Below, one piece after another: positions 10,094-21,889 of a stretch of DNA of 64,000 nucleotides. The translations under genes were made by a program, and so were the position numbers. This DNA comes from an uncultured Phycisphaerales bacterium (GTDB taxonomy: Bacteria > Planctomycetota > Phycisphaerae > Sedimentisphaerales > Anaerobacaceae): contig CAVYYI010000005.1 in the NCBI GenBank assembly GCA_963772725.1, positions 96,001 through 160,000 of the forward strand, in the 5' to 3' direction. The notes below the pieces were generated by a model. That model was not told the origin of the DNA and made no database searches. It was given only the letters and a program-made list of their open reading frames with translations. How positions within the stretch are numbered: position 1 is the first letter of the stretch; each line of letters starts with the position of its first letter.

Positions 10094-12024
10094 ATGGATA
10101 GAGATTTGGCAGAACTTATAAAAATATCAAAGGCGGCGGGACAGGATAGTCGTCTTGTTCTGGGCTGTTTCGGCAATACTTCAGTAAAAACCGATGACGG
10201 CAAGTATATGTATATCAAGGCAAGCGGCACGACGATGAAGGATATGAACGAGCAGAGCGGCTGGAGAAGACTCAAGCTTCAATCCGTGCTGGCGATACTG
10301 AATGACCCGGCGATTCTTGAGCTGGCAGGCGACAAGAGGGCGGACAGGGTAACGGCGGGACTATTAAGCACATGTGATGACGAGACAGCCGCGGACGTCA
10401 AGCCGTCGATAGAATCGTGCCTTCATGCGATGCTGGATAAGTACGTGATACACGTTCATCCGCTTGCGGTGCTGAGATATGTTTGCGCGAAAAACGGCAG
10501 GGCAAAGATTGAAGGGCTTTTCGGGCAGGAGAAGTATCCACCTCTGTGGGTTCCTTATGTCGGGCTTGGTTATCCGCTGGCGAAAAAGATTCAGAAGCTC
10601 ACGGATGAATATATCAGGCAGTACGGTCGGAAACCCGCGATAATGTTTCTTGAAAGTCACGGACTTTTTACGTCGGCGGGCAGTTCGGCATCGGCAATGT
10701 CGCTTGTGCGAAAGGTTGTGGACAGGTGCGCAGCCGAATCAAAAGATGTGCGAAAAATCACGATAAGTGAACCTGACACACAGGCGCTCAATGACGCGGC
10801 GATGGCGATTCGCTCGGCATTATTCGAGGCGAGCGGCAAATATGCGACAGTCAGGCATTTCTGTAATGAAACTATAGTTGAGTTTATGACCAGAAAAAAC
10901 TCGCAGAATCTTTGCGCGTCAGCAGCGGTTACACCGGATGAATATTATTACTGCAATGGGCCTGCGATGTGGCTGGAAAAATGGGATAAAAAGACTATTT
11001 TGGCCAAATTTAATCGTATTAAAAAGACCGGGCAGGATTTGCCGGTCGCATTTTTAGTTAAGCCGCTGGGCCTGTTTATTGCAGATGATAAAAACCGCTC
11101 GGAATTTCTAAAAGATGTTGTTACGACATACCTGTCAGTAAGAGGTTTTGCCGCAGGTATCGGCGGAGTGAAATCGCTGAGCAGGCCGCAAAGGGAATTT
11201 ATCGTTAAGACTGATTCGGCAGATGATGGAATACTCAAAAACCGAATCGCGATAATTACAGGCGCAGGCAGCGGGCTGGGCAGAAGTATCGCGGTTGGTC
11301 TTGCAAGGACGGGCGCGAAAGTTGTACTGGCGGATATTGACACCAAGGCAGCCGAGGAGACATATAGTATTATCAAAAGCGAACTGCCGAAAACGGAGAT
11401 GATGGTGGTCGGCTGCGATGTTACGAATGAGCAAAGCGTGGATGAATCATTCAGCGGGCTGCTGAAAAGATTTGGCGGACTGGATATCCTTGTAAACGCT
11501 GCTGGGTTGCGCCGGCTTATGCGCTGGTGGATTTGCCGGTAAATAAATGGAGGTTCGCGCTGGAGGTGAACCTGACGGGATATTTCCTGATGGCGCGGGC
11601 GGCGGCGAGAATTATGATAAAGCAGGCTATCGGCGGGAGCATAATAAATATCAGTTCCAAATCGGGGCTGGATGCGAGCAAGAACAATACGCCTTACAAT
11701 GCTACAAAGGCCGGCGAACTGCACATGGCACGAGGCTGGGCGATGGAACTGGGGCAGTACGGCATAAGGGTCAATTCAGTTTGCCCGGGCAATGTTTTTG
11801 AAGGTTCGAAAATCTGGAATCCCGAATATATCAAGGTCTGCGCCAAAAAGTATGGCATAAAGCCGGAAGAAGTGATACCCTATTATGTAAGCAGAACTTT
11901 TTTGAATCGCGAAATCAAAGGTCAGGACATTGCCAACAGTGTGGTATTTCTGTGTTCGGATAAGGCCAGAACAATTACCGGCCAGTCGCTCGTCGCTGAC
12001 AGCGGCCAGGCTATGGTCAGGTAG
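10094..12024 (+). CDS. Class II aldolase-SDR dehydrogenase fusion (frameshift near 11510)
   Basis: GNTSVK, KASG, PSIE.LH, HVHP, LESHG; SDR TGAGSGLG, YNATK, VNSVCPGNVFEGSKIW. Confidence 0.8.
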
Positions 12025-12134
12025 AAAGTTTAATTTGCGAAGTTTCCACTTTAGTTGGGTAATTTGTTGATGGTACAGTACATGGTTACCATCTTCACTG
12101 CCTCGGCATTTTCTAAATTTAGATGTTCATATCT

Positions 12135-12401
12135 TTAATCTGCGGTAGGCAGTTGATACAGGCCGTGTCCGCTGTCCTGGAGTTTCCCCTGGCGGCACAA
12201 TTCCTGCCAGACTTCGCGAGGAAACTGGTTCGGAGGCTGTATTGCAAAAACGCCTTTAGCTCCGCTGGAAAAGGGGCCGCGTCCGAGGCTTGAATCGTCA
12301 TCGAGGGCAGTGAGTTTCAGTCTTTTCTTGAAGGCTTTCATTGCGCTCTTGAGTATTTCGGGCGATATGCCGCTGCCTTGCGGTTGCTGTTGTTCTGTCA
12401 T
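12135..12401 (-). CDS. Hypothetical protein
   Basis: 88-aa ORF directly downstream of efp, SD-like GGAGA upstream. Confidence 0.65.
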   Translation of the reverse strand: MTEQQQPQGSGISPEILKSAMKAFKKRLKLTALDDDSSLGRGPFSSGAKGVFAIQPPNQFPREVWQELCRQGKLQDSGHGLYQLPTAD

Positions 12402-12426
12402 AATTATGTCTCCGAACTTTTGTTTA

Positions 12427-12987
12427 TTATTCTTTGACTCTTGTTACATAGAGACCGGTACGGGTATCAACGCGGATGATTTCTCCGAGTTTGACAAAGG
12501 CAGGAACCTGCACGACAGCGCCGGTATCGAGTGTGGCGGGTTTAGTCTGGCTTTGCGCGGTGGCGCCTTTGATTTCCGGGGCGGTCTCGACAATTTTTAA
12601 ATCAACGGTGTTGGGCAGCGTGATGATGACGGGCTTATCCTCGAATAAATCTATGGTTACCTGCATATTGGGCTTGAGGTATTTCAGGGCATCGCCGAAA
12701 ACAGCATTATTAAGGGTTATCTGATCGAAGGTTTCCATATCCATAAGGATGTGTTCGGAACCTTTTGAATAGAGGTATTCGTATAACTTTTTCTGGAGTT
12801 CGACCTCTTCGAGATACTCTTCTGAACGGACACGGATGTTCTGAATCAAGCCGTCAGCAATACTTTTTATTTTAGTCTGATAGACAGCGCCTCCCTTGCC
12901 AAGTTTGACGTGTTCGAAATCAACGATTGTATAAAGCTTACCCTCGACTTTTATAATCTGGGCTTTTTTCATTTCGGCTGCTTTCAT
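12427..12987 (-). CDS. efp: Elongation factor P
   Basis: HVKLGKGGA loop, MDMETFDQ, TKPATLDTGAVVQVP.F, DTRTG.YV.R. Confidence 0.95.
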   Translation of the reverse strand: MKAAEMKKAQIIKVEGKLYTIVDFEHVKLGKGGAVYQTKIKSIADGLIQNIRVRSEEYLEEVELQKKLYEYLYSKGSEHILMDMETFDQITLNNAVFGDALKYLKPNMQVTIDLFEDKPVIITLPNTVDLKIVETAPEIKGATAQSQTKPATLDTGAVVQVPAFVKLGEIIRVDTRTGLYVTRVKE

Positions 12988-13172
12988 GATACCTTATGCC
13001 TGCTCCTAACTAAAACTGTAAAAATGGTTAACGGCCTGATTTAATGTCCCAAAATTGGGCGTAATTGTCAAGAAGTAACTGGTCAGTTACTTTTACAAAA
13101 GTAAAAATTAAGTGAAACAAATCCGGTCGATTAGGGTATAATAAAGTCAGGAAAAAATAAGGCGAACATAAA

Positions 13173-13445
13173 ATGGAAAGACATTTATTATGCCCGCGGA
13201 CAGAGCTGTGCAATGTTTACAGGATTTACGAGGAAATCAGCAAAGACAATCGCATCGGAATAATTGAGGTAAGCACTATCGAAGGCAGGGATTTTTATGA
13301 CTGCAAGGCTCTGAATATGGTAATGGAGCTTCTGAAAAAAGGCAAGCTTGCGAAAGAGGCAGCGGACAGGCTGGAGGGTTTGTTTGACTGCTTTCTGATA
13401 GACCAGGCGAATAAGGCGGTGGAAAAACGCAGGAGCGAATTCTGA
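13173..13445 (+). CDS. Hypothetical protein with Cys pairs
   Basis: 90-aa ATG ORF in an otherwise non-coding gap. Confidence 0.5.
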   Translation: MERHLLCPRTELCNVYRIYEEISKDNRIGIIEVSTIEGRDFYDCKALNMVMELLKKGKLAKEAADRLEGLFDCFLIDQANKAVEKRRSEF

Positions 13446-13586
13446 GAACAGAGCAGTACTTATAACAACCGCCCGCAAAGTCATCGCCAAACGTAATTGC
13501 GGAAAATTTTTCTTTACATACGCTCGCGGAAAGTATTTATTATATTCAAATAAAATTTCTAATTTAGATATAAAGGGGGCAACGCA

Positions 13587-14140
13587 ATGTTTATAGATTA
13601 TGTAACGCTAATGCTGATAAACATGGTCGGCCAGTTGGTTATTCTCGCCTTTTTCCTGTATAAGGGCATGGACAGCCAGGACAAGGCAAGCTGGGCGCCG
13701 GCATTTGGGACGGCCGGGCTGGTGGGGGTTATTTGCGGTTTTATGATGATATTTACCTCACCCCTTCCCAAGCCTTACAGTATGGCATTCGGTGAAATGA
13801 CCGTCCTAATGAGCATTTTATTTGTCGCAGCAGCTGGACGCTGGCGAAGGACTGGAATCTCCTGCCTTTGGGGATTTACGCCTTTTTCGCAGGGCTCGCC
13901 GCGATTTTGCTGGGCGTACAGATTATACATCTTTCGCTTACCGCGGTTCCAGTCTTATCCGGCGCGGGCTTTATCATTACCGGCCTTGGCGGTGTCTTTG
14001 CCGGCTTTACACTTTGGCCGCGGGAAATGAAAGTTTTCCGTATAATCGGCGCTCTCGTAATGCTGGCCGCCGCTGTTATCTGGGCATTGACCGCATATAT
14101 GGCCTACTGGCAGCACATGCTCCCCCCAAAAACAACTTAA
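13587..14140 (+). CDS. DUF981 family membrane protein (frameshifted)
   Basis: MFIDYVTLML start, PLPKPYSMAFGE; second half in ORF 13868-14140. Confidence 0.75.
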
Positions 14141-14169
14141 AATTAACCTTTTACTCAAGGAGACTTCCA

Positions 14170-14979
14170 ATGAACAAAACCTGTAAAATAACTATGCTGC
14201 TGGTTTCTTTGTCTATTTTCTTATTAACCTCCTGCGAGATAGTCCCAATCACAGGCAGAAAACAGCTTAATTTCATTCCTGAATCACAAATGAATACATT
14301 GAGCCTTACGGAGTATAAGGATTTTATTTCTAAAAACAAAACCAGCACCAATGTCGCACAGACGCAAATGGTCAAAACTGTCGGCGCAAAGATTCAAAAA
14401 GCCGTCGAAACCTACTGTTCACAAAAAAACCTGTCCAGCCGAATCGCCGGTTATCAGTGGGAGTTCAACCTTGTTGAAGACAGCAACGTAAACGCCTTCG
14501 CCATGCCCGGCGGCAAGGTCGTCGTTTATACCGGCCTGATTCCCATCGCCCAAAATGAGGAAGGTCTGGCCGTTGTTATGGGGCACGAGATATCGCACGT
14601 AATCGCAAGGCACGGCAGCGAACGAATGAGCCAGGGTCTTCTTGTCGAAATGGGCGGCACGCTTCTCTCTGAAGCTATGAGCAAGAGTCCCTCGCAAACT
14701 AAAACTTTATTCCAGAAGTCTTACAGCATGGGAACGCAATACGGTGTTTTGCTGCCGTACAGCAGACGTCACGAAACGGAGGCGGACCATCTCGGCTTGA
14801 TTTTTATGGCAATGGCAGGGTATAATCCCAATGCGGCGATTGACTTCTGGCAGAGAATGGCGGCGACCAGTAAAGGCTCCAAGCCCTTTGAACTTCTCAG
14901 CACTCATCCTGCCGATAAGACGAGGATTGAGAATTTAAAGCTGTTTATGCCCGAGGCGATGAAATATTACACCAAGTGA
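14170..14979 (+). CDS. M48 family metallopeptidase lipoprotein
   Basis: LTSC lipobox, NAFAMPGG, HEISH, YSRRHETEAD, LSTHP. Confidence 0.9.
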   Translation: MNKTCKITMLLVSLSIFLLTSCEIVPITGRKQLNFIPESQMNTLSLTEYKDFISKNKTSTNVAQTQMVKTVGAKIQKAVETYCSQKNLSSRIAGYQWEFNLVEDSNVNAFAMPGGKVVVYTGLIPIAQNEEGLAVVMGHEISHVIARHGSERMSQGLLVEMGGTLLSEAMSKSPSQTKTLFQKSYSMGTQYGVLLPYSRRHETEADHLGLIFMAMAGYNPNAAIDFWQRMAATSKGSKPFELLSTHPADKTRIENLKLFMPEAMKYYTK

Positions 14980-15000
14980 CAATTTGAAAGAATCGGTTTA

Positions 15001-15437
15001 ATGAGTAAGTCATCAATCAGAATACTTTGGGCAGAAGACAGCATCTCCGATATTCTGCTGATTAAGGAGGCTTTTGAGCAGGCCGGCCTCAACCACAGGC
15101 TCAATATTGCCAGCGACGGACACAAGCCTTGGATTTTCTTTTCCGCCGCGGGCGTTACTCCCACGCTCTTCGTCCGGAGCTTATCATCCTCAACCTGAAC
15201 ATGCCGAAAAAGACCGGCCGTGAAGTCATCAGCGAGATGAAGAGCGACCCGGCGCTGGTGTCGATACCGCTGGTTGTTCTAACCAGTTCCGGTCATGACC
15301 AGTATGTCCTCGAAGGCTGCGACCCCAAACGCTGCCTGTATCTTGTAAAGCCCACCAGTTTCAATGCCCTAGTTGAGGTGGTAAAACAAATCCAGAGTTT
15401 CTGGCTGTCCCTTACGAACCCGAAACAGGAAACTTAA
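15001..15437 (+). CDS. Single-domain response regulator, Rcp1-like (frameshifted; Asn at the phospho-Asp position)
   Basis: ILWAEDS..D, PELIILNLNMPKK, LTSS, YLVKP. Confidence 0.75.
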
Positions 15438-15682
15438 AAATCGCCCAACTATTCCCAACTGCCGTTTGTATTTTCAGTGTGAAAATAAGCAAATTTAAAG
15501 ACTGATACAACAATATGTCTGTTTATCGTAACTATTGCTGTTATCTAATGTTACAGTGTAAATTTATGGCTGAAATATAGTCCGTTCTGCCCCAAAAAGC
15601 AGGATATTGTTTGGAATTAGCGATAAAACTGGTATAATCAAACAAATAACCAAAAAAATTATATGTTCGGGAGGTTATAAAA

Positions 15683-16582
15683 ATGAAACTTAATTATGTT
15701 TCAAAGGCCGGCATATCCGCCATGATTGTCTTTTTGTGTTTTCTGACTTTATACGCCCAGGAACCAGCGAAAACTGCGGCGACCGATGCGAACAGCGTTT
15801 TAGCTAAACCGGCGGGGGCAGTTGAAAAACCGAAACCTAAAACAAGTTTTGTCAAATTAATCGACTTTTACCTGCGCAACAACGAACTCGTGTACGGCAA
15901 ACTTATCGACGAAGATGCCAAAAAAATAACCGTCGAGCAGCATCAGGGAAGTAAAATGACTGTCAATTATTACAGCAAAAGGGAGCTTGACGGAAGGACA
16001 ATACATACGCAAACAGTACCCGAATACAAATACGACCTCGAACTCGCCGACTATTTTGCCGGCAGAGTCTGGGACTTCGAAAATGACACCGATGAATTCA
16101 TATATGCCCTTAGATATTATGAAGATGCCAAAAAGCTCCTGGCGGAAAACAGCACTCCCGACCCTGAAAAAATTAAGGAAATTAACGATAAAATAGCCAA
16201 ACTCCAGGCCGACAAAAAGGAATGGGTAAAACAGGCCGAAGCCCGCGCTGCACTGGTAAAACTTGAATTCCAGATAACCTTTGAAAAACGACTCAAAGAC
16301 CTTGAGGAAAAAGTTAACTCGATAAAACTCCCTCAGGGCAAAATTGATGAGATTGAAAAAGCACTCGCTGATATAAAGCAAAGCCAGGAAAATCTTAATA
16401 ATGACATTTCCGCCATCAGTCAGGATTTGAGCCAGCAGGTAAACAGGCTTGATTCGCGGATTAACGAAAATCGCGACATGATTTACCGCAATGTCAATCA
16501 GACCGGCTACATCATTGTCGAACGCGATAAAAACAAGGCTAAGGACAAAAAACTTCCGCCCGACAGCAACCAGGCAAAATGA
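15683..16582 (+). CDS. Secreted hypothetical coiled-coil protein
   Basis: Signal peptide, GGAGG SD, heptad-rich C-terminal half. Confidence 0.75.
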   Translation: MKLNYVSKAGISAMIVFLCFLTLYAQEPAKTAATDANSVLAKPAGAVEKPKPKTSFVKLIDFYLRNNELVYGKLIDEDAKKITVEQHQGSKMTVNYYSKRELDGRTIHTQTVPEYKYDLELADYFAGRVWDFENDTDEFIYALRYYEDAKKLLAENSTPDPEKIKEINDKIAKLQADKKEWVKQAEARAALVKLEFQITFEKRLKDLEEKVNSIKLPQGKIDEIEKALADIKQSQENLNNDISAISQDLSQQVNRLDSRINENRDMIYRNVNQTGYIIVERDKNKAKDKKLPPDSNQAK

Positions 16583-16633
16583 CACCGCCTTGGGCTTCAA
16601 CCAAATTTAATTATTAACTTAACTGAACTTTTT

Positions 16634-16768
16634 TGTCATTCCCGCAAAAGCGGGAATCCAGATTCGTATGGTGGGGTTTACCCAACCATATTCTTTTGGC
16701 GGGGCAGGCCACGCCCTGCCAGATACCCGCTCCATCTTCGACGGATTTCCAATTTTGCAGGTATGACA
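16634..16768. repeat. TGTCATTCCCGC..GCGGGAATCCA palindromic element with nested REP-like pair
   Basis: Left arm 16634-16661, degenerate right arm 16743-16768; related copy at 56221-56292. Confidence 0.75.
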
Positions 16769-16822
16769 GAAAAATTTATTCTTTAAATATTAAAATCTCT
16801 TTCAGTAACTTTTACAATCTGC

Positions 16823-17563
16823 TCAAGAGTAGCCTTGCTGAAATCGATGCTTGGCCATTTTTTTGCGCAGGTTGTTTATAAGCTGCTTGATTTTTTTGAG
16901 TTCTTCGGCAAGAAGCTTATAATTTTGTTCCTGTTTTATCTTTTGGAAAACTTCATTATCAATCATACTGAATGAGCCGCCCAGAACCAAAACGCCCGCG
17001 TAAATGTAGTCTGGAATATTTCTCTGATTAGTTCCGTCTGTCGGAATAAGGCTGATGGTTTTGTGAATGGCGGGGTCAATGGCTTTAATAAACGCGTGGC
17101 CGCCAAGTTGCTCGGCGGGAAATACCTTCACAAAATTTGCGCCGAGCGAAAATTGGTTTAATATTTCCGTAACCGTCCCGCAGCCCGGGATTATGGCCAC
17201 CCTGCCTAAAAAATTATCGTAAGCCTGCGGACTGAAGTTCGCCGCCGAGACGATATAATTCATACCGAGGCTGACAACGCGCTCAACGGTCGGCAAAGGG
17301 TCATCGCCGTGATAGCGGTTATACTCCTCGCGCATCCCGGTAAAATCAATGAGACTCCCCGCTCCTGCCATAAAGTTCGGTAACTCCTTGCGCAGACGTC
17401 TCATATTATCCAGGGGATTTTTAATTCTGCAGGTTACTTCCATGTTATTGATGCCCGCTTCTATCAGTGCATGGGCAGTTTTGATGACATCAAGGTCATC
17501 TTCATTAAAAACCAGAATGAAACCGTCACGCACAAGCGTTTCAATTGTACTTTTAACATCCAT
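16823..17563 (-). CDS. KDPG/KHG aldolase family protein
   Basis: MEVTCR, GAGSL, IPGCGTVTE, VKVFPA. Confidence 0.8.
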   Translation of the reverse strand: MDVKSTIETLVRDGFILVFNEDDLDVIKTAHALIEAGINNMEVTCRIKNPLDNMRRLRKELPNFMAGAGSLIDFTGMREEYNRYHGDDPLPTVERVVSLGMNYIVSAANFSPQAYDNFLGRVAIIPGCGTVTEILNQFSLGANFVKVFPAEQLGGHAFIKAIDPAIHKTISLIPTDGTNQRNIPDYIYAGVLVLGGSFSMIDNEVFQKIKQEQNYKLLAEELKKIKQLINNLRKKMAKHRFQQGYS

Positions 17564-17574
17564 AGTCAATCATC

Positions 17575-18372
17575 CTATAATCTTCTCAAATGAAAACCAC
17601 CGTCAACATTAATTACCTGGCCGGTTGAAAAATCAAAATAACCCTGGGCAATCGCCGAGACTGCCTTTGCGACATCTTCGGGCTGGCCCCAGCGTTTTAT
17701 AGGCGTCAGTCCCTCGTTAATAAGCTTATCGTATTTTTCTTTAACCACGCTTGTCATATCAGTGGCGATAATGCCGGGGCGGGTTTCAAAAACACAGATG
17801 CCGAATTCTGCCAGCCGGTCAGCATAAAGCATTGTCATCATACTTACACCTGCCTTACTTATGCAGTATTCGCCTCGCGCAGGCGAACTGGTATAGGCGG
17901 ACATAGAACCGGTGTTGACAATTCTAAAGTGCCGTTCCGGGTGACGTTTTTTCTGCTCTATCATCCAGTTGGCCACAAGCTGTGTGAGAAAATAAGGGCC
18001 TTTGAGATTTATTCGCAGAACCCGCTCGAAACTTTCTTCGGTCGCCTCAAGTATGTCTGCACGCCTGGTCGGCGCAACGCCTGCGTTATTGACGAGCATA
18101 TCGCACCTGCTGAATTCCTTATTGGTAAGTTCGACAAGCTTGAGCCTGTCTTTGGCATCGCTGACGTCGGCTCTTACGGCAAAGCATTTTACTCCGATGA
18201 TCTCGATTTGTTTCTGCGTTTCACTCGCAAAGCTGTCATCGTGCTTGCCATCGACAGTGAAATCAAAATAGCTTATCGCAAGGTCGTAGCCGAGCTTGGC
18301 AAGTTCGATTGCGATAGCTTTTCCTATGCCTCGACTTGCGCCGGTAACAATAGCAGCAGGTTTATTTTCCAT
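17575..18372 (-). CDS. SDR oxidoreductase (3-ketoacyl-ACP reductase-like)
   Basis: TGASRGIG, NNAG, YCISK, RPGIIATDMT, VDGG. Confidence 0.9.
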   Translation of the reverse strand: MENKPAAIVTGASRGIGKAIAIELAKLGYDLAISYFDFTVDGKHDDSFASETQKQIEIIGVKCFAVRADVSDAKDRLKLVELTNKEFSRCDMLVNNAGVAPTRRADILEATEESFERVLRINLKGPYFLTQLVANWMIEQKKRHPERHFRIVNTGSMSAYTSSPARGEYCISKAGVSMMTMLYADRLAEFGICVFETRPGIIATDMTSVVKEKYDKLINEGLTPIKRWGQPEDVAKAVSAIAQGYFDFSTGQVINVDGGFHLRRL

Positions 18373-18602
18373 TTTTTTACTCCTAACGTTTAAGTTCAGG
18401 GATATTAATCCATTTGCGTTTCGCCCAGGATTCGAGACCTTTTTCCGCGAGCTGAACGCTTTTGGCGCCTTCAAACACCTGTTTCCAGTGTGCAACATCG
18501 CCCGCCGGATATGTCCTGCCTGAAATCTTATTTAAATCCGCTATTATCATTTACCACCCCCGAATAAAATCAGATATTGAAATTAAACTTAATATTGTTT
18601 TT

Positions 18603-20143
18603 TTATTCCCACTCAATCGTGGCCGGAGGCTTGCTTGATACATCATATACAACACGATTTACGCCGCGAACCTCATTTATAATCCTGCTGGCTATCAAGC
18701 CTAAAACCTCATAAGGTATCTGCGAAAAATCAGCGGTCATAAAATCGGTCGTATCGACCGAGCGAATCGCGACAACATTTTCATAACTGCGTTCATCGCC
18801 CATCACACCGACCGTCGCGATAGGCAAAAGCACCGTTAACGCCTGCGATATTTTTCTGTAAAGGCCGGCTGATTTAATCTCGTCTATGAGAATCTCATCG
18901 GCGGCGCGGACGATTTCAAGGCGTTTGGGAGTAATTTCACCTATAATTCTTACCGCCAGCCCCGGCCCGGGGAAGGGATGCCGCCAAACAAGCTCTTCCG
19001 GCAGGCCGAGATATTCTCCGACAAGTCTAACCTCATCCTTGAATAAATCACGCAGAGGCTCAACGAGTTCAAAACCGAGCTGCGCAGGCAGTCCGCCGAC
19101 ATTATGGTGCAGTTTAATATTTGCCGCTGGGTTGCCATCCTTTGAGCCGGACTCGATAACATCGGGATAGAGCGTTCCCTGCGCGAGAAACCTAGCGCCG
19201 GAAATTTTGGTCGCTTCGGACTTAAACGCCTTGATAAATTCCGCCCCGATAATTTTACGTTTCTGCTGAGGGTCTGTAACATCTTTGAGAGCGTCGAGGA
19301 ATTGCTTTGACCAGTCCACAACGTGCAGATTTATATGAAAATGGTTTTTGAAGGTAGATACGACATTTTCACGTTCGTTTTTTCGCAGCAGGCCGTTATC
19401 GACAAAAATACATACAAGCTGCTCACCAATTGCCTTGTGCAACAGTGAAGCAGTAACGGATGAATCCACCCCGCCGCTCAAACCGCAAATCACCGCGGAT
19501 TTTCCGACTTTCTTTCGAATCGCATCGACAGTCTCTGTTACAAAGTCGCTCATCTTCCAGTCGCCGGTGCATTTACAGATGTCGTAAAGGAAATTTTTAA
19601 GAATGATAGTGCCTTTGGGCGTATGCGAGACTTCCGGGTGGAACTGCACGCCAAAAAATTTGCTCTTTTTGTGTCTTACCGCCGCATAAGGACAGGTTTC
19701 CGTAGAGGCGAGTTTAACAAAGTCGCCCCCTGTCTGCTGAAGCTGGTCGCCGTGACTTGCCCATGCGGTTATCTCTTTAGGCAGACCCGCGAACAAATCG
19801 CTGTTATCGAGGATTAAGATTTCTGTCCGTCCGTATTCGCGTTTTTCCGCGGGGACGATTTTGCCGCCAAGCATCTGGCATCCGAGTTGCATTCCGTAGC
19901 AGATGCCGAGAATCGGAACGCCCATAGCGAAAATTTTCTCATCGCACCGCGGAGCGTTTTTTTCATAAACACTGGCCGGCCCGCCGGAGAGTATAATTCC
20001 AACAACACCCAATTTAGCTAATTCTTCAGCTTTTGTATCCGCGCGGAAAATCCGGCTGTAAACATTAAGTTCACGCACGCGCCTTGCTATCAATTGCCCG
20101 TACTGACTGCCAAAATCCAAAATAGCTATTGTTTCGTTCTTCA

Positions 20144-20144
<1 letters not shown>
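18603..20144 (-). CDS. guaA: GMP synthase (glutamine-hydrolysing)
   Basis: [34 protein letters not shown]. Confidence 0.97.
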
Positions 20145-21618
<1,474 letters not shown>

Positions 21619-21889
21619 TTTGTTCTCCGGATTTAACCGTTTCATCTTTTATTTTGAAATTTTAGTATAATATCCTTATAAAATTCAGTCAAACATATTT
21701 AACGCCTGTCGAAGTGCTAATCGGCCAAAGAACGAAATTAAGTCAAGGAGAAATTATGATGAAAATGGGCATGATTATTACTTTCATTGTAGCTGTTATG
21801 TGCGCAGCAGGAAAAAATTGAAGATACGGCGAATTTGAAACCCATGGCGCAATGGTGAAAAAAATGTCGGCAGTTTATACTACAATCTT

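Noticed and set aside
13822..14169. Long N-terminal extension of the M48 peptidase
   Set aside because: Overlaps the DUF981 gene; the lipoprotein signal begins at 14170 after a GGAG SD.
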